A DNA stretch of 64,000 nt. It comes from a virus. Positions 50,401-61,034 of the stretch are shown here, piece by piece (position 1 is the first letter of the stretch; every line of letters begins with the position of its first letter). A program made the position numbers and the translations under genes. The stretch lies in IMG/VR virus record IMGVR_UViG_3300024344_003321, positions 33,425 through 97,424 of that record; one strand, written 5' to 3'. The notes below the pieces were generated by a model. It ran no database searches. It was not told where the DNA came from and worked only from the letters and a program-made list of their open reading frames with translations.

Positions 50401-53400
50401 GATGTGAGTAATTATTGTCCATTTGTTATTTACTTTGGTCAGCAATGCGATACTTGTGATGATATTGGTGGTACATGGAATATATCTAGCAGTGCATTTG
50501 ATTCACCATTAGAAACATGTCAAGCAGTAGGTGGGGGAGAAGGTCCTGCAATATGGGTCGGTCAAGTCCCAGATTATCAGATGAATGGCCAAACTCCATA
50601 TCATAATCAAGATACAGGTGAGGGATTTGGTATTTATTGTTGTAACCCACCAGCAGAGTTGGTAAAAGGGTATCATACAGGTGGTACTAAATACATGTCA
50701 CATTTCGGGGGAAACATAAATGAATTTTGTGAATTAGACAGTGATAACATTATAGATTTATTTTTATGGTTTTCGGGATATGACCCATGTCCAGGGTTGA
50801 CTGACCCAATGTCTTGTGATAATTATTCTACTTTGTATGGTGACCATATATGTAAATGGACTACTGAAATAGGTAGCCCGTTGCAGATGTATTATAATTG
50901 GGATACATGTAATGGGCAAACATTTGAACCGTTAAATCACCCGTTGGCTCTACAAGAAGATTGGGTAGGTGCACCTGTTTGGCCTACATCTGTTCAATGT
51001 TGTTGTTCTTGGGACGAACCAATATTAGGTTGTATGGATGAAATTGCATATAATTACGATTCGGATGTAAATTTCCCATGTGGTGCACCATTCTATGAAT
51101 GTGGTGTTGATTGTGATTGCTGTCAATATTCGGGTTGTATGGATTCAGATGCAACAAATTTTAATATTAATGCTACACTTGATTGTAATGATGAATTAAT
51201 GGGTAATGATAATTCTTGTTGTGAATATGAAATGGGGTGTATGGATTCATCTGCTTTAAATTATAATCCAGATGCAACATATAATAATGGTATCGATTGT
51301 ATTTATGGGACAATAGGGTGTATGGACCCAATTGCATCAAATTATAATCCTAATGCTACACATGACTATTGTTATCCAATGACTGGGATTTATTATGCAG
51401 GATATCCCGCAGGAACAGCATGGGCTGATGTTATCCCAGAGTGGGTGGGTAGTGCACTCGATGGAGCATTATGTCAATGTGGTAGTGGGTTAGATGATAT
51501 TATTGACCCAGGGGAATTGGGGTGCGATATATGTATTATTCCTGATAGGGACCATGACCCTGGTGATATTGGTATAACTGGGTTTCCAAATAATAATTTT
51601 CCGGGTCAATGTAGGTCAAGTTGTACATTTTTACCTGAAATAGAGGTGGGTTATTTTCTGAATGGGCAAAATATGGCGACATCGGGCTTAGATGAAATAT
51701 ACAATGTTCATTATGTGTCCGAAGAACAAATTGCTACTTTGGGGGCTATCGTTACTTTAACTGGAATTACTAATGAAGTTATGTGGATAGAGTGGGGTTA
51801 TGAGTGCAGTCCAGTTGTCCCAGTCACACCGACATGTGAAGAACAAGTGGTTTGTAATCCTAATACTAACAATGCGTTAGCTAATTTACAAATTTCTATT
51901 GATGAAGCTAATAATTCGTATGAACCACAATTGATGTTACCATCATTTGAGTCTGCTAATTTATTTCCGAGTTATTTAACGGTACATGCAACTGTATATG
52001 ATTCAAATAATCAATCATCTTCAGGTGAAATTGTATTATTAATACATGGTTCAGATGATAATTATACTTATTGTGAACCAGAAGATGATGGGGGATATTG
52101 GAATCATTGGGATTATGACCCATCAAACGGCGCACCTTTACCTGACACTCCACCACCTATAACCGTTTATCTATCTGATATCCCTGGTCTTGCAGAAGCT
52201 TTTGAAGATTTGAACCACGGTGTTTCAAATTGTTATTTACCTATTGTAGATTTCATTAACAATAATATGAATGAGCAACCACCATATGGTGGAGATTCAA
52301 TCGGGCCGTTTCAGGGTTGTCCTGCATTTTGTCCTATGGATAGAGGAGTATCAGATTTTGACTGTTGTGGTGACAGTAATGAAATGACATGTATGTGTGG
52401 GCAATATGGTGATTGCAACCATTTAAACAGTTATAAATATAATTTATGTCCACCAGACATACAAGCAATCCAAGAGTTATGGCCATTTGCCATAGATGAT
52501 ATAGGTATAGGTGGTGCATCTCCAGGTAGTCTTGTACAGATACCTCCTTGTTATTATTCTTGTAGTTTAACACCGATTGATATAAGGTGGGCTACATTTT
52601 TTAGAGGTAATGATTCTTGTAATTGGTCAACGAGTGTGTCATGGGATGGGGGCTCATTTGATGGTGAGGATTATGGTTGGCCAAATTTAGCTTGTACAGT
52701 TTGGGATTGGGATGGGGAAGATTGTATCCCAAATTCTGTTCCAAGTGTTATAACTCACTTTAATCAGTTTGGTAATCCATGTGGTTGGACATATAGTGGG
52801 TGGAGAGGGTGCTGGAATTTACCTGAACAAGAATTTGGAGACCAGGCATATCAAGATGCTTTAATTAGTTTCATAGGATTGTTGGGAGAAGATAATTGGA
52901 CTATTACTGATATTCAAGACCAATTGCCCTGGGGTTTTGCTTTGGAGGGTGGATTGGAAGGTGATTTTGCCGAACCTTTGGATGAAATTCTACAAGAAGA
53001 AGCACCATTTAGGCCTGATGTTCCTTTTGAATATGATATTGAATTTAATGACATTCCCATATCCATAGATACAGACTGGCCAGTAGAAGGGTATGACGAT
53101 GCATGGTTAGATGACCAAAATTGGTCTCAGCCCTCAGATGCTTATGCAGATGTCAGTGGTGGTTTCGATGGTGGTGTATATGACCAGAATGGAGAAGCGA
53201 TTGCATTTGAAGCTTCAGGGCTTGTACCAACTGAGTGGACGGGTGCGTGGGAAGATTTTTTCTCTTCGGATGTTTATGATGATTTTTTCGAGGCTCAATT
53301 GAATCTGTACACTTTGTTTGGTGAATTCCAAGAGTGGGCGGACACTATGCCACCAAGTTTTCAAATGCTGCTTGATATGGCTGAAGTTGATTTTTTCGGG

Positions 53401-53634
53401 GGGACACCTTCAACATTTGGGATGCCTGAAGGTTATGAGGCTGAATTTCAACCAGGTATAGTTTCTGAATTATTAGATGATATTCAGAATGGTACCCTCA
53501 CGGGAGATGAGGCGTTAGAAACCCTTCATCAGCGAGCTCATGGGATTATGAGCTATTATTCAGCAGATTATCAAAATTGTTCAAATCCCACTACATGTAT
53601 TTTAAATGGTGGGCATGGGCCTTACCAGGAGTGA
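44431..53634 (+). CDS. Giant (3067 aa) Cys/Asp/Gly-rich repeat protein, putative virion fibre or adhesin
   Basis: About 20 copies of GC(T/M)DxxAxNYxxxAxxDDGSC, several D(E/D)CGVC.G repeats, acidic Cys-poor C-terminus, very few Lys. Confidence 0.85.
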   Translation: MAITFQQPDIIYGLLYPDANQSAQPFGGANEAQINNTANEICNGLGYDLYEYETIDTQSSLYSGVNQDNVWIRSWSTNNDTWVGQNGIGTSQSPGCELGQLCSHLFASLTCYNESEVPPEPILGCTDLTADNYNPLATEDDGSCDFSSGFSITYYSGMCRYCTLLPSLSGNVIGSGMTPEECCTAAFGMNTATLSSDCNSGSWLGYYCSWTSIVSGCMDVNACNYNSEATEDDNSCLYGIDECGVCGGDNSTCADCAGVPYGSSSLDDCGVCDGGNDSMDECGVCNGDNSSCMGCTEPSAYNYDPYAIIDDGSCYADKWGCIDTNALNYDAAATYQTSFEFPRTADAGHYQRYEYIINDTPCIYSNSSHSIGMTDPQTTTVPDISSLYITNRNVNIQFQSDESPVYEEWNGIDLYFPTCHVGYSNCINSFGYTKSQAVPYKLAWDNGDNTWFGHGAANSYCQQLGLPAKWDEGEVSNQTYDFGLIHYDYENDQLSFDNLMGMHGYRGLYDGVGCQGPVTANSPWCDAWVYYARTIECFISVPGCTDPTADNYDDTANYDDGSCQWVGCSDLVAENHYCESYAPTILYSSPYICTKWFSNNEFNLRTFPSSSPTGAWYSTELNKPHILNDTNTNQEVLYLPGTIKFTGNSSFYSLDSNLNDDGSCEYIVGCTDIEAANYNSETTMVCDGENHNISTIGVDDCTAPGVNCCCIYDTDAPIGSIDLYYDGEIQVSPQNNINVYDIQVWNDDEPQLMLMIGATDDFEGDISFTGTLTESAINTIPGGDTGNLNIYGNLAASNIITTSNFSGTLDNGSAAINIFPYISVDKYTIPGDYGVIINVQVSDNFNNVLSMQQEVTFSILSPRKLVCMYNTTLPDTSETLYWYQGIYTADGDRLNDCGNNSKCKNSWDGHSHTGSGGWQYSQNNLTWVNSNYTLPLPTDYDSCNTFCFFFYGRYCDIIAPNQMCGVSFAGQQWTDKLNELNGGANSPFYVPNAYSYSSGLDSGFTHEFCQNVLGYDSYISDTLIDDNLSHSGWTSNLATVTGGTWGNSTNMLPYYEGMDSCVSGFMSSQQTWSWAVTFECTRDENIQLGCTNILSPNYNINAAIDDGSCQIEGCLDPQSCNYKREVTIHNQDLCRYPIHEKLFTVGYNSENINSFTNLPEWVPIQEIVTLGEYDTNELYCCDNNTDNMEGRMDDSSIILCCRDSNNNGICDPLIVPSTPGSDNWRSNIRPACFSCETLNTDGNTWLPLEYSTIEISGCTDYLAVNYMSSATIEGGTCYYEGCMDDTACTYFCDLNPDTYPCQGSEMHGYEYNISHVVNNPTMCKYKGISEDYPCSCDMSDVPVVYYSDSDNDGIGCCDDSILACSADKPIKFVTTCDESSSSCTCFGIVDDCGVCDGNNECIGCTDVGEYDFEWFNTTIVSDFGTYSQLTGYPFYPPAQFPAGDYDYLDNTAGANNALLSSANIITIDDGSCDYCRFGLKDVSWYINSDSGQLDCLNDSSCYSETPTGYNRINYTCDIGFPFNVDNIYSGTVIYSDGQIIEGGSLDASTPRKCCERATNLLAESMGNSYSLGSTPHLQGYIKSSAGLNGRVGQFCCGDVEGANTGIGGCTDNHADNFNPNAIHDNGLCIYYGCNNPIADNYNEDATHDDGTCIYTGCMEQEFCNYDPIYNKPCKKCCISPNPNGCGDGIIPGCDSDGTIGPPKVAYYQDTDGDCYWNTLDNSINGTPILCDEVCPGDVVPTYNGFDCVLISNGCGPDLYPDVPVGEEIFGCMDNTAWNYNALANADSGDCIYTHSGVGEECICNDAPDIDIEFYYFGSDTADPWVHCTGWGGTGDSLGWVPPVYSYDISDMPLTNVGYINTAESCCAYQYGGNEFYYNAVVQSPFRYCCCFNTLTGCTDTVASNYNPYAQEDDNSCEYHIWVDVATTIGGQGAPPDFDWDGSKNCNDLCVLYGAINGVESTCSNQGCAGFHDNVALDEDYSEVVMGDVWQDVSNYCPFVIYFGQQCDTCDDIGGTWNISSSAFDSPLETCQAVGGGEGPAIWVGQVPDYQMNGQTPYHNQDTGEGFGIYCCNPPAELVKGYHTGGTKYMSHFGGNINEFCELDSDNIIDLFLWFSGYDPCPGLTDPMSCDNYSTLYGDHICKWTTEIGSPLQMYYNWDTCNGQTFEPLNHPLALQEDWVGAPVWPTSVQCCCSWDEPILGCMDEIAYNYDSDVNFPCGAPFYECGVDCDCCQYSGCMDSDATNFNINATLDCNDELMGNDNSCCEYEMGCMDSSALNYNPDATYNNGIDCIYGTIGCMDPIASNYNPNATHDYCYPMTGIYYAGYPAGTAWADVIPEWVGSALDGALCQCGSGLDDIIDPGELGCDICIIPDRDHDPGDIGITGFPNNNFPGQCRSSCTFLPEIEVGYFLNGQNMATSGLDEIYNVHYVSEEQIATLGAIVTLTGITNEVMWIEWGYECSPVVPVTPTCEEQVVCNPNTNNALANLQISIDEANNSYEPQLMLPSFESANLFPSYLTVHATVYDSNNQSSSGEIVLLIHGSDDNYTYCEPEDDGGYWNHWDYDPSNGAPLPDTPPPITVYLSDIPGLAEAFEDLNHGVSNCYLPIVDFINNNMNEQPPYGGDSIGPFQGCPAFCPMDRGVSDFDCCGDSNEMTCMCGQYGDCNHLNSYKYNLCPPDIQAIQELWPFAIDDIGIGGASPGSLVQIPPCYYSCSLTPIDIRWATFFRGNDSCNWSTSVSWDGGSFDGEDYGWPNLACTVWDWDGEDCIPNSVPSVITHFNQFGNPCGWTYSGWRGCWNLPEQEFGDQAYQDALISFIGLLGEDNWTITDIQDQLPWGFALEGGLEGDFAEPLDEILQEEAPFRPDVPFEYDIEFNDIPISIDTDWPVEGYDDAWLDDQNWSQPSDAYADVSGGFDGGVYDQNGEAIAFEASGLVPTEWTGAWEDFFSSDVYDDFFEAQLNLYTLFGEFQEWADTMPPSFQMLLDMAEVDFFGGTPSTFGMPEGYEAEFQPGIVSELLDDIQNGTLTGDEALETLHQRAHGIMSYYSADYQNCSNPTTCILNGGHGPYQE

Positions 53635-53637
53635 TTA

Positions 53638-54426
53638 ATGAGTAAATTTAGAACTATGTATAGGAGAGTAGTAGATAAAATAAACTACCAAGACGGTAGT
53701 GGTTATCAATTGGGGAATTTAATTCAATTTAATGGGATGCTACATAGACCAACTAAATTGCGAGTGTCCAATTGGTGGTCATCTTTTTCTTCGACTCATA
53801 GTGAGTTGTTAGCAAGATATAATTTTTGGATTACAGGTAATTTTATTGCTAAAGGATTTTCAACTTGGGATATAGATATTGTGTTGACACCTAAAAGTGA
53901 TAATTATGTTGATGAATTTAGTAATGATGTTATTTTAGCTGGATTGAAAGATGATTTACAGACAATTATACAGTCATCATTCGCTCAACCAGAACCTTTT
54001 TTAGTTGATGTGTTTTATTCAAATAATTGGGAACCATGGCCAGATGGGTTGAGCCATCAACAATTTGAAAGTTATGCAGATGAAACTCTAACAGGATTTA
54101 CAATAATAAATGAAGTTAGTCAGCATGGTACAATTACCCATGATTACGCCAATATGAGTCCAGCACCCGAACTGATAATCCAAGATTTATTTAAAAGAAC
54201 AACAACCAGATTGTCAGCAAAACATATACTAAAATATCAAAATGAAGGTAAATTTTGGGAAGACCCTATATTAATGAATACACAGGCCCCATCACCTGGT
54301 GTGATTAAACCTGATAAAATTCCAATAATATCAAAAAATAAATTTACAGATAATGCTAAGTTTATGGGTAATACTACATCAATAAATAAAAATCAGGGGA
54401 AGGTTAAACATGTTAAAAGCAAGTAA
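53638..54426 (+). CDS. Hypothetical protein with nucleotidyltransferase-like motif
   Basis: WITGNF......WDIDIVL ... LVDVF resembles the Pol-beta superfamily hG-x-DxD...D signature. Confidence 0.45.
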   Translation: MSKFRTMYRRVVDKINYQDGSGYQLGNLIQFNGMLHRPTKLRVSNWWSSFSSTHSELLARYNFWITGNFIAKGFSTWDIDIVLTPKSDNYVDEFSNDVILAGLKDDLQTIIQSSFAQPEPFLVDVFYSNNWEPWPDGLSHQQFESYADETLTGFTIINEVSQHGTITHDYANMSPAPELIIQDLFKRTTTRLSAKHILKYQNEGKFWEDPILMNTQAPSPGVIKPDKIPIISKNKFTDNAKFMGNTTSINKNQGKVKHVKSK

Positions 54427-54607
54427 AAATAAAAACTTATATACAAAAAATAAACATCAACTTGATAAAAAAAACACAATTCGGAAACAAAATAAAAGGA
54501 TTAGTGTATCATCAATGAACTATGAAATTAAACAGGTGATTGACACTAACCTAAGACGAAAAACTTTTACACCAGTGTTAAAACGGTTGACGCCTATACC
54601 AAAATAG
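54410..54607 (+). CDS. Small basic hypothetical protein
   Basis: GGAAGG RBS; Lys-rich. Confidence 0.4.
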   Translation: MLKASKNKNLYTKNKHQLDKKNTIRKQNKRISVSSMNYEIKQVIDTNLRRKTFTPVLKRLTPIPK

Positions 54608-54697
54608 TTGTATATTATGATATGTTACATAATAGGACTTATAACTGGTTTTACTATATCTTATATAATCTTGCATTATTATACAGACCACGATTAA

Positions 54698-54785
54698 TTG
54701 TTACAATTTGTTACAATTTAATTGCCGATTTTGTTTGGTTCCAATGGGTACCGCATCGTATATTACAATGTAAGATAAATGATAA
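54698..54785 (+). promoter_or_regulatory. Repeated promoter/operator element, copy 1
   Basis: (TTGTTACAA)x2...GTTTGG...CGTATATT...TAAGATAAATGATAAA; near-identical to 56252-56327. Confidence 0.7.
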
Positions 54786-54802
54786 ACATAAGGGAAATAG
54801 AT

Positions 54803-55021
54803 ATGGCAATAATAAATAAAGATACAACAAAAAAAATGACAATAGATTTGACAGGTCCTGATGGAAATGCATTTATATTGTTAGGAACTGCTAAGAGATT
54901 AGCTAAAGCATTAGGTTTAGACCCATTAGTAGTTACAACAGAAATGACAATGGGTGATTATGACAATTTAATCAATACATTTGATGGTTATTTTGGCGCA
55001 ATAGTAGATTTAGAACGATAA
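54803..55021 (+). CDS. Phage hypothetical protein
   Basis: IDLTGPDGNAF motif; first gene after promoter copy 1. Confidence 0.7.
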   Translation: MAIINKDTTKKMTIDLTGPDGNAFILLGTAKRLAKALGLDPLVVTTEMTMGDYDNLINTFDGYFGAIVDLER

Positions 55022-55036
55022 ATAAAGGAATACAAT

Positions 55037-55345
55037 ATGTTAGAAACAACAATATTAACAAGTGTAAATTCATCAATAACAAGTGAAGGTATGGTTTATC
55101 CACTTAATAAAAGTAATGAACCTGAAATACATAATGGTATTCATATATCAGATTGTACAGATGAATGGATAGAATCATTATCAGAAAATGATTATAACAG
55201 AGCAATCAATCGTGGGTTTGAAACTTGTATGCATGGTAACTCGTGGAACTCTGAATGTGATGAATGTGATATAGATGAATATTCAGATGATATGTCAGAT
55301 TTTGATGATAGTGCCTTAGTAGATGTAGATGGGTATTTACTTTGA
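55037..55345 (+). CDS. Acidic hypothetical protein
   Basis: AAGGA RBS; CMH...CDEC. Confidence 0.6.
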   Translation: MLETTILTSVNSSITSEGMVYPLNKSNEPEIHNGIHISDCTDEWIESLSENDYNRAINRGFETCMHGNSWNSECDECDIDEYSDDMSDFDDSALVDVDGYLL

Positions 55346-55872
55346 GCTTCGGAATGGTGGGAAATAATAACAGTTATTTTAATAATAATTCTAGCAATAA
55401 TAAAAAATCTAAATTAAGTACAAACGCTGCGCGCAAGGATGAATTTGCTACTAAATATAAGGTTGAAATTGAATGGTTGGTTGGAAATAAAATAGCTCTC
55501 AATGAAAAGTTTCTACGGGATATGCTTGATGTGTTACAAACTGGGAATAGACAGTTTACGGAAAAGATGCATACGGCTGTATTGAAATCAATGAAAAATC
55601 CAAAGTATGATGAATTTGCTATGATTGAACGCAAAGATAAAATGAAACCTATACTTGAAAAAATTAATCGAGTGTGGGAGATAGTTGCTAAATTGGATGG
55701 TGAAAAAGATGATTACTATTTACAAAACTATTCAGCACTTCCATTTGTTAATTCTCTTAAAGAACAATTTGAAAAGAATTATCATTTATCCGAAAAACAG
55801 ATGACTGCCTTAAATAAAGTCTATGCCAAATACAAAAAAAGATGGGATAAGATTCAGAATGACAAAAGCTAA
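55342..55872 (+). CDS. Hypothetical protein
   Basis: FVNSLKEQF...LSEKQ motif. Confidence 0.6.
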   Translation: MSFGMVGNNNSYFNNNSSNNKKSKLSTNAARKDEFATKYKVEIEWLVGNKIALNEKFLRDMLDVLQTGNRQFTEKMHTAVLKSMKNPKYDEFAMIERKDKMKPILEKINRVWEIVAKLDGEKDDYYLQNYSALPFVNSLKEQFEKNYHLSEKQMTALNKVYAKYKKRWDKIQNDKS

Positions 55873-56230
55873 TGATTGGTTAATTGAAAGATTTAATAAA
55901 CTTAAATATAGGATTACATTTGCCACTGCCGACTCACGCACATCCAGAGAATTAACAGATGTCGAGTGGGTGAAACGACAGCTTGAAGATTTAGATGATG
56001 GTGTTGTTTTGTCAGACTTGGAGTTAGTCAAGGCTAATAATCTGTGTAAAGAATATTCAGGTGAAAAACATACATTGGATGACCGGAAATATATTGATAT
56101 GTGTTTAGAAAGAGATTTTAAAATAAAAGCAATCAAAGAATATAGACGATTGGTTAATTGTAGTTTACGAGAAGCCAAAAATGTGATTGATAAAAGGTAT
56201 ATAGCCATAAAAAATGTATCATCAGTTTAA
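55859..56230 (+). CDS. Protein with ribosomal L7/L12 C-terminal-like motif
   Basis: KIKAIKEYRRLVNCSLREAKNVID. Confidence 0.6.
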   Translation: MTKANDWLIERFNKLKYRITFATADSRTSRELTDVEWVKRQLEDLDDGVVLSDLELVKANNLCKEYSGEKHTLDDRKYIDMCLERDFKIKAIKEYRRLVNCSLREAKNVIDKRYIAIKNVSSV

Positions 56231-56251
56231 GAAAAAAGTTATCAACACTGG

Positions 56252-56327
56252 TTGTTACAAATTGTTACAATTTAATTGCCGATTTTGTTTGGAACCAATG
56301 GGTGCCGCATCGTATATTACTATGTAA
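56252..56327 (+). promoter_or_regulatory. Repeated promoter/operator element, copy 2
   Basis: ~75 bp near-identical to 54698-54773. Confidence 0.7.
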
Positions 56328-56365
56328 TGAGAATTGAAAAAAAACAACAAATAAAGGAATATTAT

Positions 56366-56995
56366 ATGAATATTAAAAACTTAACACCAATCGCATTCTT
56401 AATTATGGGTGTGATTATGTTCACATTAGGTAAACTATCTACACCAACAAATTCATCAGTAGTTATAGATGAACCAATGACTTTCGATTATACTATTGAA
56501 AGTAATTATGTAATACACGATATTGATTTTGAAAGTGATGCTGAATATATAAAAACAAATTTCAGACCATCTATGAGTATATCAAAGATAAAACATTTAT
56601 TGATTTATATAGATGGTATGTGTGAACATTATAATCTGAATTATAATTTAGTTAAATCTGTTATATCAACCGAATCAAATTGGAATTATAAAGCCAAATC
56701 AAGCGCTGGCGCCGTTGGATTGATGCAGATAATGAAAGCATGTGCTACTGATTATAAAACACCACATAAAGAGATGTATGATCCGTATGTTAATATTACA
56801 ATTGGTATAAAGTATCTATCTAAATTGACAAAACGATTTGGTAATACACCAACTGCATTGGTGGGGTATAATGAAGGCCCAAGAAATGCTGAAAAATATA
56901 AATTTGATTATATCAATGATGCTAAGTATGTCCATAAAGTTATGGATTATATGTTAGCGTTTGAACCAATGAAAGGAATAGCACTCAATGAGTAA
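56366..56995 (+). CDS. Lytic transglycosylase (SLT domain) with N-terminal membrane anchor
   Basis: ISTESNW (catalytic Glu), AGAVGLMQI, NI..G..YL, ALVGYNEG; hydrophobic N-terminus. Confidence 0.9.
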   Translation: MNIKNLTPIAFLIMGVIMFTLGKLSTPTNSSVVIDEPMTFDYTIESNYVIHDIDFESDAEYIKTNFRPSMSISKIKHLLIYIDGMCEHYNLNYNLVKSVISTESNWNYKAKSSAGAVGLMQIMKACATDYKTPHKEMYDPYVNITIGIKYLSKLTKRFGNTPTALVGYNEGPRNAEKYKFDYINDAKYVHKVMDYMLAFEPMKGIALNE

Positions 56996-57185
56996 TAATG
57001 TTGATGATAATATACAAGACGACCAAAAAATAATAAGTGATGTTATGCATGATATGTTAGGTGGACTTTCAGACAAATATAATGCATTCACCAAAGATAT
57101 GCGAGATACAAAATCGATGGGTACTTCTGTTGCAATAATGTCAGCAGAATATTATCAACGATTAATAGATGGAACTTTAAATTAA
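56988..57185 (+). CDS. Hypothetical protein
   Basis: Packed ORF. Confidence 0.5.
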   Translation: MSNNVDDNIQDDQKIISDVMHDMLGGLSDKYNAFTKDMRDTKSMGTSVAIMSAEYYQRLIDGTLN

Positions 57186-57186
57186 T

Positions 57187-58572
57187 ATGACATATACAAC
57201 TACATCAAACGGAGCACTACAACACGAAACATCAGGAAACAAATGTTTAGATTTATTTTCTGTAATTGGCAACTTACGGAATTGTAGTCGTACTGATATA
57301 TTAAAACGATTTGAGGATGCATTCAATGAAAACCCAAAATTAGCTACACAAGTAGCGCATTGGGCAAGAGCAGCAAGACAAGGTTCAGGTGAACGAAATA
57401 CTTTCTATATTATATTAGACGAAATAGCAAAGTGTTCTCCTGAGTTTATAACTGATAACGCGATTACCTTGGCAGAATTGGGTTATTATAAAGACCTTTT
57501 ACGATATTTCAACATTCCAGGTGTTGTATCAGCTTTTGCCCGAAGTATTAAATCAAAAGATAGATTAGCGAATAAGTGGGCACCTCGAAAAGGTGTGAAT
57601 GCTCGTAAGTTAAGAGATGAATTACAATTTACCAACAAAGAATATCGCAAGTGGATTGGTAAATATTCAGATACGGTTGAGGATAAGATGAGCAGTAAAT
57701 TGTTTAATGATATTAATTATTCATCTGTTCCTGGTGGTGCTATGAGGAAATATAAAGAAGCTTTTATGAAAAGAGATTTGGGTAGATTTGATGAATGGAA
57801 GAATGATAAAAACACAACAGCTGCTGTATCAGCCACATATCCTCACCAAATCATGGAGGTAGCTGCTGGTGATGAAGCCTTAGCAGATAAGATGTGGAAT
57901 AGTTTAGAAGATTTTGTAACTGAAGGTGAAAACATTTTACCAATGATTGATACAAGTGGTTCAATGATAGGAACACCTTTACAAGTAGCTATATCACTTG
58001 GTATGTATTTGGCTGAAAAGAATAAATCAGAATTTAAAGATACATTTTTGACATTTAGTGAAAGTCCACAATTAGTTAGATTAGCAGGTGATACTGTCAA
58101 AGAACGAATGGGTAATATCAGTCAAGCTGATTGGGGAATGAATACAGATTTTACAAAGGCTTACGATTTAATTTTACAGAGTGCTATCACTTATAATGTA
58201 GATAAAAAGTCAATGCCGACTATGCTACTCGTACTATCAGATATGCAGTTTGATGAATCACAAGATAGTTGGAATACACGAGTACCAACAGTTCACTTTG
58301 ACGATATAAAGGATAAGTTTAATAAAAGTGGTTATGAAATGCCAAAATTAGTTTTTTGGAATCTTGACCAATATAGTGGAACTCAGGCTACAAATACTGA
58401 GGATGGTGTTTGTATGGTTTCGGGGTTTTCACCTAGCATTATGAAAGCAATTTTAGGTAGTGAAGATTTTAATCCAATGAGCGTGATGATGGAAGCACTT
58501 ACATTCATTGATTTAGATTTTACAAATTTACAAGACAAATTAGACATAAACTATAAGCAGGAGATATTTTGA
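57187..58572 (+). CDS. DUF2828-type TROVE-like/vWA protein (Ro60-related)
   Basis: TSNGA, R..R.GSGER, KWAPR, MIDAS DTSGSM, TFSESP, NTDF, LSDMQFD, VFWNL, VSGFS. Confidence 0.85.
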   Translation: MTYTTTSNGALQHETSGNKCLDLFSVIGNLRNCSRTDILKRFEDAFNENPKLATQVAHWARAARQGSGERNTFYIILDEIAKCSPEFITDNAITLAELGYYKDLLRYFNIPGVVSAFARSIKSKDRLANKWAPRKGVNARKLRDELQFTNKEYRKWIGKYSDTVEDKMSSKLFNDINYSSVPGGAMRKYKEAFMKRDLGRFDEWKNDKNTTAAVSATYPHQIMEVAAGDEALADKMWNSLEDFVTEGENILPMIDTSGSMIGTPLQVAISLGMYLAEKNKSEFKDTFLTFSESPQLVRLAGDTVKERMGNISQADWGMNTDFTKAYDLILQSAITYNVDKKSMPTMLLVLSDMQFDESQDSWNTRVPTVHFDDIKDKFNKSGYEMPKLVFWNLDQYSGTQATNTEDGVCMVSGFSPSIMKAILGSEDFNPMSVMMEALTFIDLDFTNLQDKLDINYKQEIF

Positions 58573-58713
58573 TGTTAACAATTTACATATCAGCAATAAT
58601 AGGATTTATATTTGGTTACTTTACAGCGTGCCTTATGATGATTGCTAAAGGTAACACACGAGCAGACATTGATTACGAATGTCATTCATTCAATAATAAA
58701 GATGAGGAATAAG

Positions 58714-58929
58714 ATGAAGAAGTTTTTAATATTAATACTAACAATGATAATATTCGGATGTTCAAATAATGTTCAACAATCTGATGAACAGAACTTTGAC
58801 ATAATTAGGTATGATGTAGGTGGATCAATAAACATATATGAAATTACTATTGATGGGTGTTCATATATGGCATATGAAGGATTTAAAAAAGGTGGTATCA
58901 CTCACAAAGCTAATTGTTCAAATCATTAG
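58714..58929 (+). CDS. Putative lipoprotein
   Basis: MKKFLILILTMIIFGC signal/lipobox; GAGGA RBS. Confidence 0.6.
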   Translation: MKKFLILILTMIIFGCSNNVQQSDEQNFDIIRYDVGGSINIYEITIDGCSYMAYEGFKKGGITHKANCSNH

Positions 58930-58949
58930 AATATAAGGAATAAATAGAA

Positions 58950-59483
58950 ATGTTTAATAAATCAAAAGAACCCTGGTATGAAACGGCGTGGGATTTTGTG
59001 TATTTACCTGTGTATATGTTTTTCAGATGGATATTATGGGAAAACATTAAACCATCAAATTTCAAGCATTGGTATCAAAGAGCAAGATACGGATATTCAT
59101 ACAGAGATGTTTGGAGTATTGATTGGTATTTAGCCGACACCATCCCAAAGATGATTAGAGATATGAAGAAAGACCTCAATGGTTGTCCAGGTGATATTGC
59201 AGAAAAATGGAATAATGGTGAAACTGATGATGATATGAAAATGGCAATGTATGACTGGGAAACGATATTAACTAAGATTGCTAATGGATTTGAATTACAA
59301 TATGAAATTATAAACAACACATTATTTGATTGTCCAAGTGAAGATGAAGAAAAAACAATGCGTGAATTAATGGAAGATAAAGATACATTCAAAGGTTGTA
59401 GGATTATGACTTCAAAAGAAAAAAAAGAATTAAATGAGGGGTGGGATTTATTCAGAAAACATTTTATGTCACTTTGGGATTAA
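58950..59483 (+). CDS. Phage hypothetical protein
   Basis: DVWSIDWYLA...W..IL..I..GF...G.DLF..HF..LWD. Confidence 0.7.
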   Translation: MFNKSKEPWYETAWDFVYLPVYMFFRWILWENIKPSNFKHWYQRARYGYSYRDVWSIDWYLADTIPKMIRDMKKDLNGCPGDIAEKWNNGETDDDMKMAMYDWETILTKIANGFELQYEIINNTLFDCPSEDEEKTMRELMEDKDTFKGCRIMTSKEKKELNEGWDLFRKHFMSLWD

Positions 59484-59486
59484 ATT

Positions 59487-60044
59487 ATGATAACATACAC
59501 AATAAAAGCAAAAGAAAAAAGTACCGGTAATTCACTAAAAACTACAATCAAGGCTGAAAATGAAATACAGGCTTGGGAATTGTTTTTAGCTGATTATAAA
59601 GATAGTTGGGATTTTGAATCAGATGATTTAGTCTTTGTCAAACCTACAAAGCGTTATTCTTATTCAATCGTTGGTATGGGTATATTCTCATTATTGTCAG
59701 AATTTTATGAAGCTGGTCGTGTAGAAATTTACGATAGAGAAGATGAAAGTGGATATGCAGTAGATGAGGCTTCGTATTTCTTTCCGAAGTCATCAATGAA
59801 AGAATTTTATGATTTTATAGATGATTTAGAAACAGACTTTCCAATAAATCTATCATTTGGCAATCTAAACCAATGTCAAAAAGCAGTTAGTGAAAAATTA
59901 GGTATTCCAGTTGATAAATTGAATCATAAAGAAACAATGAGTAAACGCCGTAAACAGAAGAACAACGAATATTTGGAATCACTTAACCCAAAAGAACGAA
60001 AACGATTAACAGAAAAGTTTGGTGAGTGGGGAGTTGAAGATTGA
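59487..60044 (+). CDS. Hypothetical protein
   Basis: Packed ORF. Confidence 0.6.
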   Translation: MITYTIKAKEKSTGNSLKTTIKAENEIQAWELFLADYKDSWDFESDDLVFVKPTKRYSYSIVGMGIFSLLSEFYEAGRVEIYDREDESGYAVDEASYFFPKSSMKEFYDFIDDLETDFPINLSFGNLNQCQKAVSEKLGIPVDKLNHKETMSKRRKQKNNEYLESLNPKERKRLTEKFGEWGVED

Positions 60045-60514
60045 ATACATCATCTGCAGAGGCAGGACTTGCACTTCTAAAAGAAATGGGTGTTATCACC
60101 GAATGGCATGTTGATTTACCCAATGCTGGATATAATTTAATACATCAATATTGGGATAAAAATAAAACACATCCAGTCACAACCAAAGGTTTTTTGAGTA
60201 TGAAAGTTATACAGGGAATTTCATTACCAACAGATTTAACTCACGCAGTTACAGAGATATTTAGTTTACAAAACAAAGCAATGAAAGAAGCAAACATAGA
60301 AAAAATGGTTGAAGGTAAGTTGCATAAGCTATTAGATAGATTACAGAAAATAGATAACGCACCTACATACACTTCATACACCATCAGACATCCAGAATTG
60401 ATTGGTGCTGAAATAGGTTGGGTAAAGGTAAGATTAAAGTTAATGGAAGAAGGAAAACGATTGACTAAAAAAGATATGTTATCGGCAAATAAACTATGGA
60501 GTAAATATAAGTAA
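60041..60514 (+). CDS. Hypothetical protein
   Basis: C-terminal LTKKDMLSANKLWSKY motif. Confidence 0.6.
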   Translation: MNTSSAEAGLALLKEMGVITEWHVDLPNAGYNLIHQYWDKNKTHPVTTKGFLSMKVIQGISLPTDLTHAVTEIFSLQNKAMKEANIEKMVEGKLHKLLDRLQKIDNAPTYTSYTIRHPELIGAEIGWVKVRLKLMEEGKRLTKKDMLSANKLWSKYK

Positions 60515-60515
60515 G

Positions 60516-60992
60516 ATGGATAGACATCAAGTAGAAGCAACATTTAATGAATGTGTAAATAAAGGTTATTGTGCTAAATGGGAACATCAATCTTGGCATC
60601 ATAGATATAGTTTAACAGATAAAGATGAAAATTATTTTTATTTGGATGCATCCGATGCACTGTCTTTTGATAAAGATGATTTAACACAAATAGTTAAAGA
60701 TATGTTCCTCATTGATGATGAACCAAAACCATCAATCAAAAGTGGAAAAGCTATATTTGTATCAACACCATCTGGTGAAAACCATTGGAAGGATTTAATG
60801 GAAAATAAACAAGGACTATATTACAGAGTCAAATCAAAATTAGAAAAACTGCATCGTAAAATGGAACATCCTATTGGACCAAATGGTAGAATGTTAGAAG
60901 GTATTATGATTAAGTTTGAACGGGATAATAAAATATCAGCTGATGATATGAAAGAGTGTAATAAACTGTGGAAGAAGTATGGTAGTAAATAA
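60516..60992 (+). CDS. Hypothetical protein
   Basis: C-terminal ISADDMKECNKLWKKY motif. Confidence 0.6.
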   Translation: MDRHQVEATFNECVNKGYCAKWEHQSWHHRYSLTDKDENYFYLDASDALSFDKDDLTQIVKDMFLIDDEPKPSIKSGKAIFVSTPSGENHWKDLMENKQGLYYRVKSKLEKLHRKMEHPIGPNGRMLEGIMIKFERDNKISADDMKECNKLWKKYGSK

Positions 60993-61034
60993 CTACGATG
61001 GAATACGCGAATAGATTATACAGGAGATATAAGA

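Noticed and set aside
44431-53634. Diversity-generating retroelement target or eukaryotic contamination
   Set aside because: No reverse transcriptase or TR/VR pair seen; the gene is intronless, has an RBS and shares the GATC avoidance of the phage
54622-54819. 65-aa ORF MLHNRTYNW...
   Set aside because: Runs through the repeated promoter element and lacks a clear RBS; likely spurious
54698-56327. ~75 bp direct repeats as CRISPR repeats, att sites or IS ends
   Set aside because: Only 2-3 dispersed copies, no spacers, no integrase or transposase; position and content fit promoters
60740-60800. IFVSTPSGENHW resembling a terminase ATPase motif
   Set aside because: Isolated short match in a 158-aa protein without Walker motifs
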